A stretch of 24,000 nucleotides of DNA from Arachnia sp. (GCA_047972985.1 JBKEBG010000115.1:1-24000); one strand, 5' to 3'. Shown: positions 15,241 through 23,420, counted from the first letter of the stretch. Numbers and translations: made by a program. The notes: generated by a model from the letters alone, not told the origin.

Positions 15241-15918
15241 TCATCCCTCGTACTTGTACCCGAGCCCCCGGACAGTCACCAGCCGCTGTGGGCTCGCCGG
15301 CTGGGGTTCGATCTTGCTCCGGAGCCGCTTGATGTGGACATCGAGGGTCTTGGTATCGCCCACGTAGTCGCTTCCCCAGACCCGATCGATCAGCTGGCCT
15401 CGGGTCATCACCCGTCCGGCGTTGCGAAGCAGCAGCTCCAACAGCTCAAACTCACGCAGGGCGAATCTCACCTCGTCGCCATCGACGGTGACCTGGTGGC
15501 GTTCCACATCGATGCGCACTCCCCCCACCTCAACCACGGCGGGTAACAACTCCTGGTCCTGCCCGCGACGCAGCACGGCTCGGATCCGGGCCACGAGTTC
15601 CCGGTGGCTGAACGGCTTGGTGACGTAGTCGTCGGCGCCGAGCTCAAGGCCAACGACCTTGTCCACCTCGGAGTCGCGGGCGGTCAGCATGACGACGGCG
15701 ACGTTGCTGCGAGCACGCAGTTGCTTACACACCTCGGTGCCTGGCATCCCGGGCATCATCAGGTCCAGCAGCACCAGGTCAGCGCCCGATTTGTCGAATT
15801 CGGCGAGCCCCGTGGCCCCATCCGGGGTGGTGGCCACATCGAATCCCTCTCGGCCGAGCATGTACTCCAGCGCCTCACGGTAGGACGCTTCGTCCTCGAT
15901 GATCAGGATCCGGGTCAT
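15241..15918 (-). CDS. regX3: OmpR/PhoB-family response regulator, RegX3-like
   Basis: MTRILIIEDE..ADLVLLDLMMPGMPGTEVCKQLRARSNVAVVMLTARDSEVDKVVGLELGADDYVTKPFSHRELVARIRAVLRR..LTRGQLIDRVWGSDYVGDTKTLDVHIKRLRSKIE..LVTVRGLGYKYEG is near-collinear with M. tuberculosis RegX3 as I remember it. ATG 15918 overlaps the kinase stop (ATGA). Confidence 0.9.
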   Translation of the reverse strand: MTRILIIEDEASYREALEYMLGREGFDVATTPDGATGLAEFDKSGADLVLLDLMMPGMPGTEVCKQLRARSNVAVVMLTARDSEVDKVVGLELGADDYVTKPFSHRELVARIRAVLRRGQDQELLPAVVEVGGVRIDVERHQVTVDGDEVRFALREFELLELLLRNAGRVMTRGQLIDRVWGSDYVGDTKTLDVHIKRLRSKIEPQPASPQRLVTVRGLGYKYEG

Positions 15919-17060
15919 GTCTGGTGCTCCTCCCCGAGTAGCGCGGGAAGCCGAAGCGTAAACGTCGATCCCTGCTGGGGCCTCGACCACACTGTAATGG
16001 TCCCGCCATGGGCCAAGGCAATGTGCCTCACAATCGACAGGCCGAGCCCCGTGCCCCCGTTCTCGCGGCTTCGCGCGTAGTCCACCCGGTAGAAGCGCTC
16101 GAAGATCCTCGTCTGATCCTCCAGTCTGATGCCGATTCCGTTATCTGCCACGCGAATATCGACAAACTCGTCACCGTCGACATTCGCCGCCTCCACCGAG
16201 ACCGCGACCCTGGCCCGCGGATCGGAGTACATGATGGCGTTTTGTACCAGGTTGGTGACGGCGTCGATCAGCTGCCAGCGATCACCCAGCACCCGGACCG
16301 CGGAGGCGCCGGGCCCCACCAGGGTGATGTTGCGTTGTTCGGCGGCCGTGCTGGAACGCCCCAGCGATTCCGCCACGACCTCGGAAATCTCGACGACCTC
16401 CCGCACCAGGAAAAGGTCGGCCGCCTCCAGCCGGCTCAACTCGACGATTTGGGCCAGCAGCTGGCTCAGGCGCTGGGTTTCACGCTGCAATCGGTCGGCG
16501 AACCTGGCGACCTCTTCCGGGTCGTCCCTGGCCAGATCGAGGGCCTCGGCGAGGATGCCGATGGCACCGATCGGGGTCTTGAGCTCGTGGCTGACGTTAG
16601 CCACGAAATCGCGCCGCACCGCCTCGACGCGCTCCGATGCGGAAGGGTCTTCAGCCAGTACCAGCACCGAATCGTCCGACAGTGCAATCAGGGTCCCGTC
16701 CAGTTCGAGGGCTGGTTGCCCCGGCACCCGGTGCGGGGGAATGGCTCCGACGAAAGTACGATGGCCACGACGTACCTCACGAATCAAGTCGAGCAGTTCC
16801 ACCGATCCCACCCGGCTGGCGCGGGCCAAACCCATAGCGGCGGCTGCCTCGTTCGCGACGACAACCTCGTCCTTGGGCCCCACCAACACCGCGCCCAGCT
16901 GCACTGCCTGCACCACGTCTGCCAGGTCTGCGTCCCGCCCGGGAACTGCGGCGGCCAACACCTCCTGAGTACGCCGGACAGCCCGCCTGGCCCACGTCAC
17001 AATCCCCACGACAACCAACGCGATCGTGGCACCGATCAGCGCGGCCACAGCTGGAGACAT
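15915..17060 (-). CDS. senX3: sensor histidine kinase, SenX3-like
   Basis: Single N-terminal TM helix (AVAALIGATIALVVVGIVTW). H-box FVANVSHELKTPIGAI, N-box LVQNAIMYS, G-boxes DNGIGI and GGTGLGLSIV. Located immediately upstream of, and overlapping, the RegX3-like gene. Confidence 0.85.
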   Translation of the reverse strand: MSPAVAALIGATIALVVVGIVTWARRAVRRTQEVLAAAVPGRDADLADVVQAVQLGAVLVGPKDEVVVANEAAAAMGLARASRVGSVELLDLIREVRRGHRTFVGAIPPHRVPGQPALELDGTLIALSDDSVLVLAEDPSASERVEAVRRDFVANVSHELKTPIGAIGILAEALDLARDDPEEVARFADRLQRETQRLSQLLAQIVELSRLEAADLFLVREVVEISEVVAESLGRSSTAAEQRNITLVGPGASAVRVLGDRWQLIDAVTNLVQNAIMYSDPRARVAVSVEAANVDGDEFVDIRVADNGIGIRLEDQTRIFERFYRVDYARSRENGGTGLGLSIVRHIALAHGGTITVWSRPQQGSTFTLRLPALLGEEHQT

Positions 17061-17067
17061 GGCTGCA

Positions 17068-17073
17068 ATTCTA
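17068..17073 (-). promoter_or_regulatory. -10-like hexamer TAGAAT, 7 nt upstream of ATG 17060 (candidate leaderless promoter of senX3-regX3)
   Basis: Minus strand reads TAGAAT-tgcagcc-ATG with no SD. This is the closest match to TATAAT among the hexamers in the window. Confidence 0.4.
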
Positions 17074-17160
17074 TGGGGACCGCTGCTGCACGCCGACGCC
17101 CCAACCGCCGCGGGATCGGAGCCGGGCTATTCTGGCTCGGCGCGGTTGAAAGGAGGCGGG

Positions 17161-18369
17161 GTGTCCAAGTTCGCACGATTCGCCGCATCGGATCTACCGC
17201 GCACCGCGAAGGTTCTCTCGGGTGCCGCGCTCCTGCTTGCGTTGGGGTTCGGCGTTGTGATCCCCGTCTTGACCCCCTTCGCCCGTACCTTCGGCGCCAA
17301 CACGCTGCAGGTGGGGCTCGTGGTGAGCCTGTTCGCGGCGGCCCGCCTGTTCACCAGCCCCTTCGCCTCGAGCATCGGACGATACCTGGGCGAACGCAAC
17401 GCCATCGTCTTGGGCATGGCAATCGTCGCCGTCACCACAATCGGCACCGCGCTGGCACCCAATCTTGCCGTGATGATTGCCGCCCGCGCCTCCGGCGGGG
17501 TGGGTTCGGCGATCTTCACTGTTTCAGCAATGAACTTGCTGCTCTCGACCACCCCGGAGCACATCCGCGGCCGCGCGGCCGGCCTCTACCAGGGCGGATT
17601 CCTGTTAGGCAATATGGGCGGTCCTGCGCTTGGTGGGCTATTGGGCGGTGTTTCGATCTACGCCCCCTTCTATTTTTATGCGGGCATGCTGGCGATCTCG
17701 GCGGCATTTACCTTCTTCATGCTGCCTGCCCGGGCCGTGGTACTTCCCACGGCAGCTCACCGGCCGCCCCGCCCGTTTCGGGAGGTCATCGCGGATGTCC
17801 GCTACCAGGCGGCGTGCACCATCGCCCTGGGTCAGGGCTGGGTGTCGTTCGGGATCCGTAATGCGCTCATCCCGATCTTCGTGACCGAAGTGCTGCTGCT
17901 GTCGACCGCGTGGACCGGGATCGCGTTTGCGCTGGCCGCTTTCGCCCAGACCGCAGCGCTGGGACCTGCCGGGCAGGCCAGCGACCGGATCGGGCGGCGT
18001 CCGATCATGATAGCTTCCGGGATCGTCACCGGGATCGCGGCACTGGCCGTCCCCTTCTCCGGCAACATCTGGGTACTGATCGCCGTGCTGAGCGGGTACG
18101 GCATCGGCGCGGCGATGCAGGGCACCGCGCCGACGGCATCGGTGGGCGATGTCACGCGCGGCCGCGGCGGCCAGCCGGTGGCACTGTTTACGATGATGAC
18201 CGATGTCGGATCGATCCTGGGCCCGCTCGTGGCGGGCTATCTCTACGACGCGTGGTCGATGGAGGCGGCCTTCGCCGTGGGTGCTGGCCTGCTCCTACTC
18301 GGCTCGGTGTATTCGGCGTTCATCCCCCGCACGCTGGATCAGGAGTTCAAGACCGGCGGCACTACCTGA
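17161..18369 (+). CDS. MFS transporter
   Basis: About 12 predicted TM segments and an MFS loop motif GQASDRIGRRPIM. GTG 17161 sits 4 nt after AGGAGG (17151-17156). The ORF-track start at 17026 would overlap senX3. A TATTCT -10-like hexamer lies at 17128-17133. Confidence 0.85.
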   Translation: MSKFARFAASDLPRTAKVLSGAALLLALGFGVVIPVLTPFARTFGANTLQVGLVVSLFAAARLFTSPFASSIGRYLGERNAIVLGMAIVAVTTIGTALAPNLAVMIAARASGGVGSAIFTVSAMNLLLSTTPEHIRGRAAGLYQGGFLLGNMGGPALGGLLGGVSIYAPFYFYAGMLAISAAFTFFMLPARAVVLPTAAHRPPRPFREVIADVRYQAACTIALGQGWVSFGIRNALIPIFVTEVLLLSTAWTGIAFALAAFAQTAALGPAGQASDRIGRRPIMIASGIVTGIAALAVPFSGNIWVLIAVLSGYGIGAAMQGTAPTASVGDVTRGRGGQPVALFTMMTDVGSILGPLVAGYLYDAWSMEAAFAVGAGLLLLGSVYSAFIPRTLDQEFKTGGTT

Positions 18370-20053
18370 GCGTGATCCCGAACGGAAGGCTCAGCGCACC
18401 GTGGACCGGCAGGCCCAGCCATGCCGCGGCTCGTTGCAGAAGATCCTCCGGGCCCACCGCGACGGGCACGGCGGAGGCGGAGACCGATTCACTCGACGCC
18501 GCGGGAAGCAGTTGTTCCAGCGGGCCCAACCGTGACATCCGATGCACCGTCGAGGCTTCTGGGCTGACGCCGGCCAGCCGGCAGGCCCGCTCGTAGGCCA
18601 GGCGCCAGCCGCCGATGTGATCGATCAGACCATGGGCCAGGGCATCGGCCCCGGTCCAGACGCGTCCCTTCGCCAGGGCCTCCAACGCCTCGTAGTCCAT
18701 GCCACGGTCCTTGGCCGCCAGCGTGGTGAAATCCAGGTACACCCGGTCCAGGAATTCGTTGAGCTTGACCCAGTCATCATCGGTGAAGGCAGTCGCGGAG
18801 CTGAGCATCCCCGCCTGGGCCCCCGAGCGAACCGGCTCCCGGACAATCCCCAGCTTCTCATAGAGGCCCGCAGTGACGAATTTGCCCGCCAGGACACCGA
18901 TAGAACCGGTCAGGGTGGATGCCTGCGCCACTATTTCGTTGCAGCCCATCGAGACGTAATACCCACCGGAAGCAGCGACCGAACCCATCCGCGCGACGAC
19001 CGGGCGACCGGACTCCCGGACCCGGATCACGCTGCGACGGATGAAGTCGCTGGCGACCGCAGACCCGCCTGGGCTGTCGACGTCGAGCAGCACGGCTTTG
19101 ATGTTCTCATCGCGCAGGACCGCGCGAAGCTGCTCGTCGACAACATCGGCGCCGGTGGACTCCCCCATCGGCCCGCTCGACCGGCCCCTACCGGTGTCGA
19201 TCCCGCCCTGAACGCGCACCACCGCGACCTTGGGCCAGCGGCGGCGGGTGAAGCTGGCTGCGATCGGTTGTTGGGCGCTATAGCGCTGCACGTAGCGGAG
19301 GTGATCCGGTTCGGCTCCCCAATCGGCCAGACAGGCCGCATACACCTCGTCGCGATACCCGAGCGCGTCAACTAACCCCCGCTCCAGGGCCTCGGCTGCC
19401 GCCAGCGGGGAGTTGTTCACCGCGTCCCATACCTCGTCGATCGATTGCCCCCGCCGCGCGGCGATCGTGGCGACGCTGGTCGCGACAGTCGAGTCGACGA
19501 GCCGGGTCATCATCTCACGATTGGCCTGGGTGACCTCATCGGCCGAGTACTGATCGGCAGCGGACTTGTATTCCCAGCGTTGGCCGAACTGGGGCTCGAC
19601 TCCGATCTTGGCGAACATGTGCTTGAACAAGACTATGGTGGCGTCGACGCCGCTGATCCCCAGCGCTCCGGTGGGCTGGAGCCACACGTGCTGCGCGGCG
19701 GCCGCCACCTGATAGGCCCCCATCGCCTGCGAAAGCTCACCGAATGATTCGGCCCAGGCGGCGGTGGGTTTCTTCTCGCCGAAGTAGGCGATGAGCTCCG
19801 CGACCTCGTCGAGCACTGACAAAGGTTGCCCAGGATCCACGGCGTGGACGATAAGCCCCAGGACTCGATCATCCTCGCGTGCCTGCTCCAGGTGCGCACG
19901 TACCGCGGCCATGCTGGTGGCGTTGAGCGCTTGCAGGGCCTGGAAGGGGTTGCGTGGACTGGTCTCGAGCAGGCCCCTGGCGAGGTCCAACTCCAGCACT
20001 ATCGGGGCGTTGCGCCCCAAGGAGAGGCAGTTGAACAGATCGGTCAGCGGCAT
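18362..20053 (-). CDS. sppA: signal peptide peptidase SppA, 67K type (S49 family, two tandem domains)
   Basis: 563 aa with two ClpP/crotonase-like S49 repeats. The C-terminal domain carries the nucleophile context ARMGSVAASGGYYVSMGC. The SD GAAGGAG lies 6 nt upstream of ATG 20053. Confidence 0.9.
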   Translation of the reverse strand: MPLTDLFNCLSLGRNAPIVLELDLARGLLETSPRNPFQALQALNATSMAAVRAHLEQAREDDRVLGLIVHAVDPGQPLSVLDEVAELIAYFGEKKPTAAWAESFGELSQAMGAYQVAAAAQHVWLQPTGALGISGVDATIVLFKHMFAKIGVEPQFGQRWEYKSAADQYSADEVTQANREMMTRLVDSTVATSVATIAARRGQSIDEVWDAVNNSPLAAAEALERGLVDALGYRDEVYAACLADWGAEPDHLRYVQRYSAQQPIAASFTRRRWPKVAVVRVQGGIDTGRGRSSGPMGESTGADVVDEQLRAVLRDENIKAVLLDVDSPGGSAVASDFIRRSVIRVRESGRPVVARMGSVAASGGYYVSMGCNEIVAQASTLTGSIGVLAGKFVTAGLYEKLGIVREPVRSGAQAGMLSSATAFTDDDWVKLNEFLDRVYLDFTTLAAKDRGMDYEALEALAKGRVWTGADALAHGLIDHIGGWRLAYERACRLAGVSPEASTVHRMSRLGPLEQLLPAASSESVSASAVPVAVGPEDLLQRAAAWLGLPVHGALSLPFGITLR

Positions 20054-20077
20054 GTGAGTCTCCTTCGTCTCGCCTCC

Positions 20078-20083
20078 AGGTTA
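20078..20083 (-). promoter_or_regulatory. candidate sppA promoter -10 (TAACCT)
   Basis: Minus strand reads gggTAACCTggaggcgagacGAAGGAGactcacATG. This predicts a short 5' UTR of about 18 nt carrying the SD. Confidence 0.3.
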
Positions 20084-20143
20084 CCCGCCGCGCCGGCTGC
20101 CGCCCCCGGGCGCGGGCGCCACGCCTGCCGGCCTCGAACGCGA

Positions 20144-20177
20144 CTGATCCCGCCGCCCAACCAGACGACGGGATCAG
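20144..20177 (-). terminator. hairpin downstream of tkt (candidate terminator, no U-tract)
   Basis: On the minus-strand RNA, CUGAUCCCGUCG pairs with CGGCGGGAUCAG. That is 12 bp including one G-U, with a 10-nt loop, starting 12 nt after the tkt stop codon. Confidence 0.5.
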
Positions 20178-20188
20178 CGATGCGCAGC

Positions 20189-22246
20189 TCAGCCGAGGAT
20201 CGACGTGGCGACCTCGACGACGTGCTCGGCGGTGAAGCCGAACTCTTCGAAACACTTGGTACCGGAGGCCGAGGCACCGAAGTGCTCGATCGAGACCGAG
20301 GCCCCCTGGCAGCCTAGGTACTTGGCCCAGCCCATCGAGATGCCAGCTTCGATGCTCACCCGCGCGGTGACGGCCACGGGCAGCACCGATTCCCGGTACT
20401 GGTCGTCGGTCTCGTCGAACCATTCCTGGCACGGCATCGAGACAAGTCGGGTGGGTACCCCAGCGGCCTCAAGCTGTTCCTGGGCCGCCATGGCCACAGC
20501 CACCTCGGAACCGGTGGCGATGAGGATGAGCCGGGGTGCCTGCGATGCCTCGCGCAGGATGTAGGCGCCCTTGGCGACTCCTTCGGCGGAGGCGAACTGC
20601 TCGCCTCGGGCCACAGTCGGCAGGTCCTGCCGGGACAGGATCAGCCCGGCGGGTCGGTCGCTACGGCGCAAGATCTCACCCCAGGCCACCGATGTCTCGT
20701 TGGCGTCGGCTGGACGCACAACGTCGAGTCCTGGGATCGCGCGGAGGGCAGCCAGATGTTCGATGGGCTGGTGCGTGGGGCCGTCTTCGCCGACCCCAAT
20801 CGAGTCATGGCTCCACACGAATGTGCTGGGGATCCGCATCAGGGCCGCCAGGCGTACCGCGGGGCGCATGTAGTCGGAGAACACCATGAAGGTGCCGCCG
20901 TAGGCGCGGGTCAGGCCCGAGAGCGTGATGCCGTTGACGATGCCGCCCATGGCGTGTTCGCGGACCCCGAAGTGAATCGTGCGACCGTGGGGCCCGCCTT
21001 GCCACTCGGCGCTTTGACGCCCCTCGGGCAGGAAGCTGGGCTCCCCCTTCATCGTCGTATTGTTGGATCCGGCGAGATCGGCCGAGCCGCCCCACAGCTC
21101 GGGCAGCTGCTCGGCCAGCGCGCTGAGCACGGCACCGGAGGCCTTGCGGGTAGACATCTTGCCCTCGTCGAAGACCGGCAGGCTCAGGTCGGCGGGGAGC
21201 TTGCGCTGGCTGATCCGGTCGAGCAGTTCGGCCTTGTCCGGGTGCGCCTGGCGCCACGCGTCGTACTTGAGGTTCCAGGCGGCCCTGGCGGCCTCACCGC
21301 GTCGGGCGACGTTGGCCTGGGCGTGAGCCACGCCATCGGCGTCCACCGCGAATGGTTCGTTCGGGAAGCCGAGGCGGTCCTTGAGCGCGGCGATCTCCTC
21401 GGGGCCCAGCTTGGCCCCGTGTACCGCCTCTTGGCCCGCCTTGGTAGGTAGCGGCCAGCCGATGACTGTCGTCAGGCGAATGAACGACGGTCGGTCGGTG
21501 ATGCTGGCCGCCTCCTCGATCGCGGCCTGCAACGCGTCGAGGTCCTCGCGGTATTCGGTCCCGCCGTGGGTCCAGTCGACGTGCTGTACGTGCCAGCCGT
21601 AGGCGGCGTAGCGGGCGGAGACATCCTCGGTGAAAGCGATGTTTGTGTCACCCTCAATCGTGATGCGGTTATCGTCCCAGATCAGCACGAGGTTGCCGAG
21701 GTTCTGGGTGGCTGCGATCGAGGATGCCTCGCTGGCGATGCCCTCTTGGAGGCAGCCGTCGCCGGCGATGGTGTAGATCATTCGATCGAAGGGCGACTCG
21801 CCGGGGTCCGCGTCGGGATCGAGCAGACCGCGTTCGCGGCGGGCCGCCATCGCCATGCCCACGGCATTGGAGACCCCGGCACCCAGGGGGCCCGTGGTGG
21901 TCTCGACGAACTTCGTATGCCCGTATTCGGGGTGCCCCGGAGTCAGCGATCCCCAGGTGCGCAGTTGCTGAAGGTCGGCCAGTTCCAGGCCGGCACCGGC
22001 CAGGTAGAGCTGGGCGTACTGGGTCAGTGACGAGTGCCCGGCGGAGAGGACGAATCGGTCTCGACCCAGCCAGGCGTCGTCGGCCGGGTCGAGGTTCATG
22101 ACGCGCTGGTAGAGCAGGTACGCCGCTGGTGCCAACGAGATCGCGGTTCCCGGATGCCCGTTGCCCACCTTCTCGACCGCGTCGGCGGCCAGGATACGGG
22201 CGGAGTCAACCGCGCGAGTGTCGAGATCGGTCCATTCGAGTGTCAC
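20189..22246 (-). CDS. tkt: transketolase
   Basis: 685 aa. Contains ARILAADAVEKVGNGHPGTAISLAP, the ThDP motif GDGCLQEGIASEA, and HDSIGVGEDGPTHQPIEHLAALRAIPG. GTG start at 22246 with GAGGA upstream. Confidence 0.97.
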   Translation of the reverse strand: MTLEWTDLDTRAVDSARILAADAVEKVGNGHPGTAISLAPAAYLLYQRVMNLDPADDAWLGRDRFVLSAGHSSLTQYAQLYLAGAGLELADLQQLRTWGSLTPGHPEYGHTKFVETTTGPLGAGVSNAVGMAMAARRERGLLDPDADPGESPFDRMIYTIAGDGCLQEGIASEASSIAATQNLGNLVLIWDDNRITIEGDTNIAFTEDVSARYAAYGWHVQHVDWTHGGTEYREDLDALQAAIEEAASITDRPSFIRLTTVIGWPLPTKAGQEAVHGAKLGPEEIAALKDRLGFPNEPFAVDADGVAHAQANVARRGEAARAAWNLKYDAWRQAHPDKAELLDRISQRKLPADLSLPVFDEGKMSTRKASGAVLSALAEQLPELWGGSADLAGSNNTTMKGEPSFLPEGRQSAEWQGGPHGRTIHFGVREHAMGGIVNGITLSGLTRAYGGTFMVFSDYMRPAVRLAALMRIPSTFVWSHDSIGVGEDGPTHQPIEHLAALRAIPGLDVVRPADANETSVAWGEILRRSDRPAGLILSRQDLPTVARGEQFASAEGVAKGAYILREASQAPRLILIATGSEVAVAMAAQEQLEAAGVPTRLVSMPCQEWFDETDDQYRESVLPVAVTARVSIEAGISMGWAKYLGCQGASVSIEHFGASASGTKCFEEFGFTAEHVVEVATSILG

Positions 22247-22333
22247 TGGATATCGTCCTCACTGTCGAGTCGTAGCCGAGCAGCAACGCCCGGCACCCTT
22301 AGCCTAGTAAACCCGCGGGCTCTCGCGGAGGGT

Positions 22334-22352
22334 GGTCGCGAGTTTCGCGACC
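22334..22352. promoter_or_regulatory. perfect inverted repeat GGTCGCGA-gtt-TCGCGACC in the tkt / GbsR-MarR divergent intergenic region (candidate operator)
   Basis: All 8 of 8 arm positions are complementary, with a 3-nt spacer. It lies about 90-105 nt upstream of the tkt start and about 70 nt upstream of the regulator start. Confidence 0.45.
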
Positions 22353-22370
22353 AGAAAGCACCAAATCCGA

Positions 22371-22400
22371 CTGAGATAACACAACAATGTGTCATCTCAG
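22371..22400. promoter_or_regulatory. 30-nt near-perfect palindrome CTGAGATAACACA-acaa-TGTGTCATCTCAG (candidate operator of the GbsR/MarR regulator)
   Basis: 12 of 13 arm positions are complementary. It is AT-rich relative to the surroundings. It ends 10 nt before the TACCGT -10-like hexamer, so it covers the -35 region of the putative regulator promoter. Confidence 0.5.
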
Positions 22401-22410
22401 TCATGGGTGC

Positions 22411-22416
22411 TACCGT
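22411..22416 (+). promoter_or_regulatory. -10-like hexamer TACCGT, 6 nt upstream of ATG 22423 (candidate leaderless promoter of the GbsR/MarR gene)
   Basis: Reads TACCGT-gacgca-ATG with no SD. Confidence 0.35.
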
Positions 22417-22422
22417 GACGCA

Positions 22423-22920
22423 ATGCCGACAGATTCTCAGCTCTCCTTCGCTGACCGTCTCGGGCGGTACTACGTCCGAGAGATGGGATTTCCCCCCGTC
22501 GCGGGTCGCGTGATCGGCTACCTCGCGGTCTGCGACCCCGCCACGCCCACGATCAACGAGCTGTCGGATGCTCTACTGGCGAGCCGATCGGCCATCACGC
22601 AGGCCGTGGTGACGCTGGAAGGCCGCGGGCTTGCCACGCGGTTCCGGCAGCGAGGCGAGCGGGTGGACCGCGTCGAAGCACGCATCGATGGCTTCAGTTT
22701 TGAGCACGAGTTCGACCCCACTGGCCATATCGAGCAGGCGGCCCTGCTGCGCCGCGGTGTGGCCCTGCTTGCCGAGGACACATCAGGCCGTCGGGAGGCC
22801 CTCAAAGATCTCGCGCACTTCAATGACTTTCTCGCCCAAAAGCTCCCCGTGCTCAAGCAGGAATGGCTCACTCGTCGCGCGGCCCTGCGGACCCGAACCA
22901 CAGAGGCGCCAGGCATTTGA
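22423..22920 (+). CDS. GbsR/MarR family transcriptional regulator
   Basis: MPTDSQLSFADRLGRYYVREMGFPPVAGRVIGYLAVCDPATPTINELSDALLASRSAITQAVVTLEGRGLATR is a winged-helix region typical of GbsR-type MarR proteins. Start 22423 is preferred over 22387, which lies inside the palindrome. Confidence 0.8.
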   Translation: MPTDSQLSFADRLGRYYVREMGFPPVAGRVIGYLAVCDPATPTINELSDALLASRSAITQAVVTLEGRGLATRFRQRGERVDRVEARIDGFSFEHEFDPTGHIEQAALLRRGVALLAEDTSGRREALKDLAHFNDFLAQKLPVLKQEWLTRRAALRTRTTEAPGI

Positions 22921-22937
22921 TTGGCCACCAGCGCCAC

Positions 22938-23414
22938 CTAGCTCGACCAGGGAAAATCGATCCACATGTCGGTGCGACGCCAGCAGAAATCGGGTTCCAC
23001 CACAGTGGTGGGTTTAGCGTAAAGGACGGCGCTGCGAACATTGGCGCCGAATCCTCGCAGCAGCTTGATGACGAGGCCGAGCGTGCGTCCGGAGTCGGCA
23101 ACGTCGTCCACCACAAGTAGTTGCTGCCCCGAAATTGACTCGGAATCAAGCATCGGGGCCAAAAGGATCGGATCGGGGCGGGCCTCTGCGACGTCGGTGT
23201 AGAACTCGACGTTGATGGCGTCGGTGAGCTTGACGCCCAGCGCATAGGTGAGGGCACCGGCCGGGATCAGACCGCCTCGCGCCACCGCGATCACGATGCT
23301 GGGCTTGAATCCGGACTCGACCACCTGACGCGCAAGTTCATCCGTTGCGGCGGGCATGTCATCCCACGCCATTACCTCGCGAATCACATCCACGGTAGTC
23401 AGATCACTATTCAT
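22938..23414 (-). CDS. type I phosphoribosyltransferase, Gpt-like purine PRTase
   Basis: 158 aa. SIVIAVARGGLIPAGALTYALG and the PRPP-binding motif LLVVDDVADSGRTL. The C-terminal WIDFPWS resembles E. coli Gpt WIEQPWD. Confidence 0.85.
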   Translation of the reverse strand: MNSDLTTVDVIREVMAWDDMPAATDELARQVVESGFKPSIVIAVARGGLIPAGALTYALGVKLTDAINVEFYTDVAEARPDPILLAPMLDSESISGQQLLVVDDVADSGRTLGLVIKLLRGFGANVRSAVLYAKPTTVVEPDFCWRRTDMWIDFPWSS

Positions 23415-23420
23415 CGCGCC

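Noticed and set aside
17061-17160. Possible RegX3 box in the senX3/MFS intergenic region (duplicated gctgca and attct pentamers/hexamers)
   Set aside because: The repeats are short, irregularly spaced and of the kind expected by chance. I do not remember the consensus well enough to call a site.
16008-17861. 617-aa ORF on the + strand, the longest ORF in this part of the track
   Set aside because: It runs antisense to the well-supported senX3 kinase (H, N and G boxes all present) and then out of frame through the MFS gene. The translation is R/G/P/H-rich with no recognisable motif. Long stop-free antisense frames are expected at this GC content.
18542-19375. 277-aa + strand ORF inside sppA
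   Set aside because: It is antisense to SppA and has an R/G/D/P-rich composition with no motif.
20205-22101. + strand ORFs inside tkt (for example 20756..21451 at 231 aa and 21566..22030 at 154 aa)
   Set aside because: They are antisense to an unmistakable transketolase CDS and are shadow ORFs.
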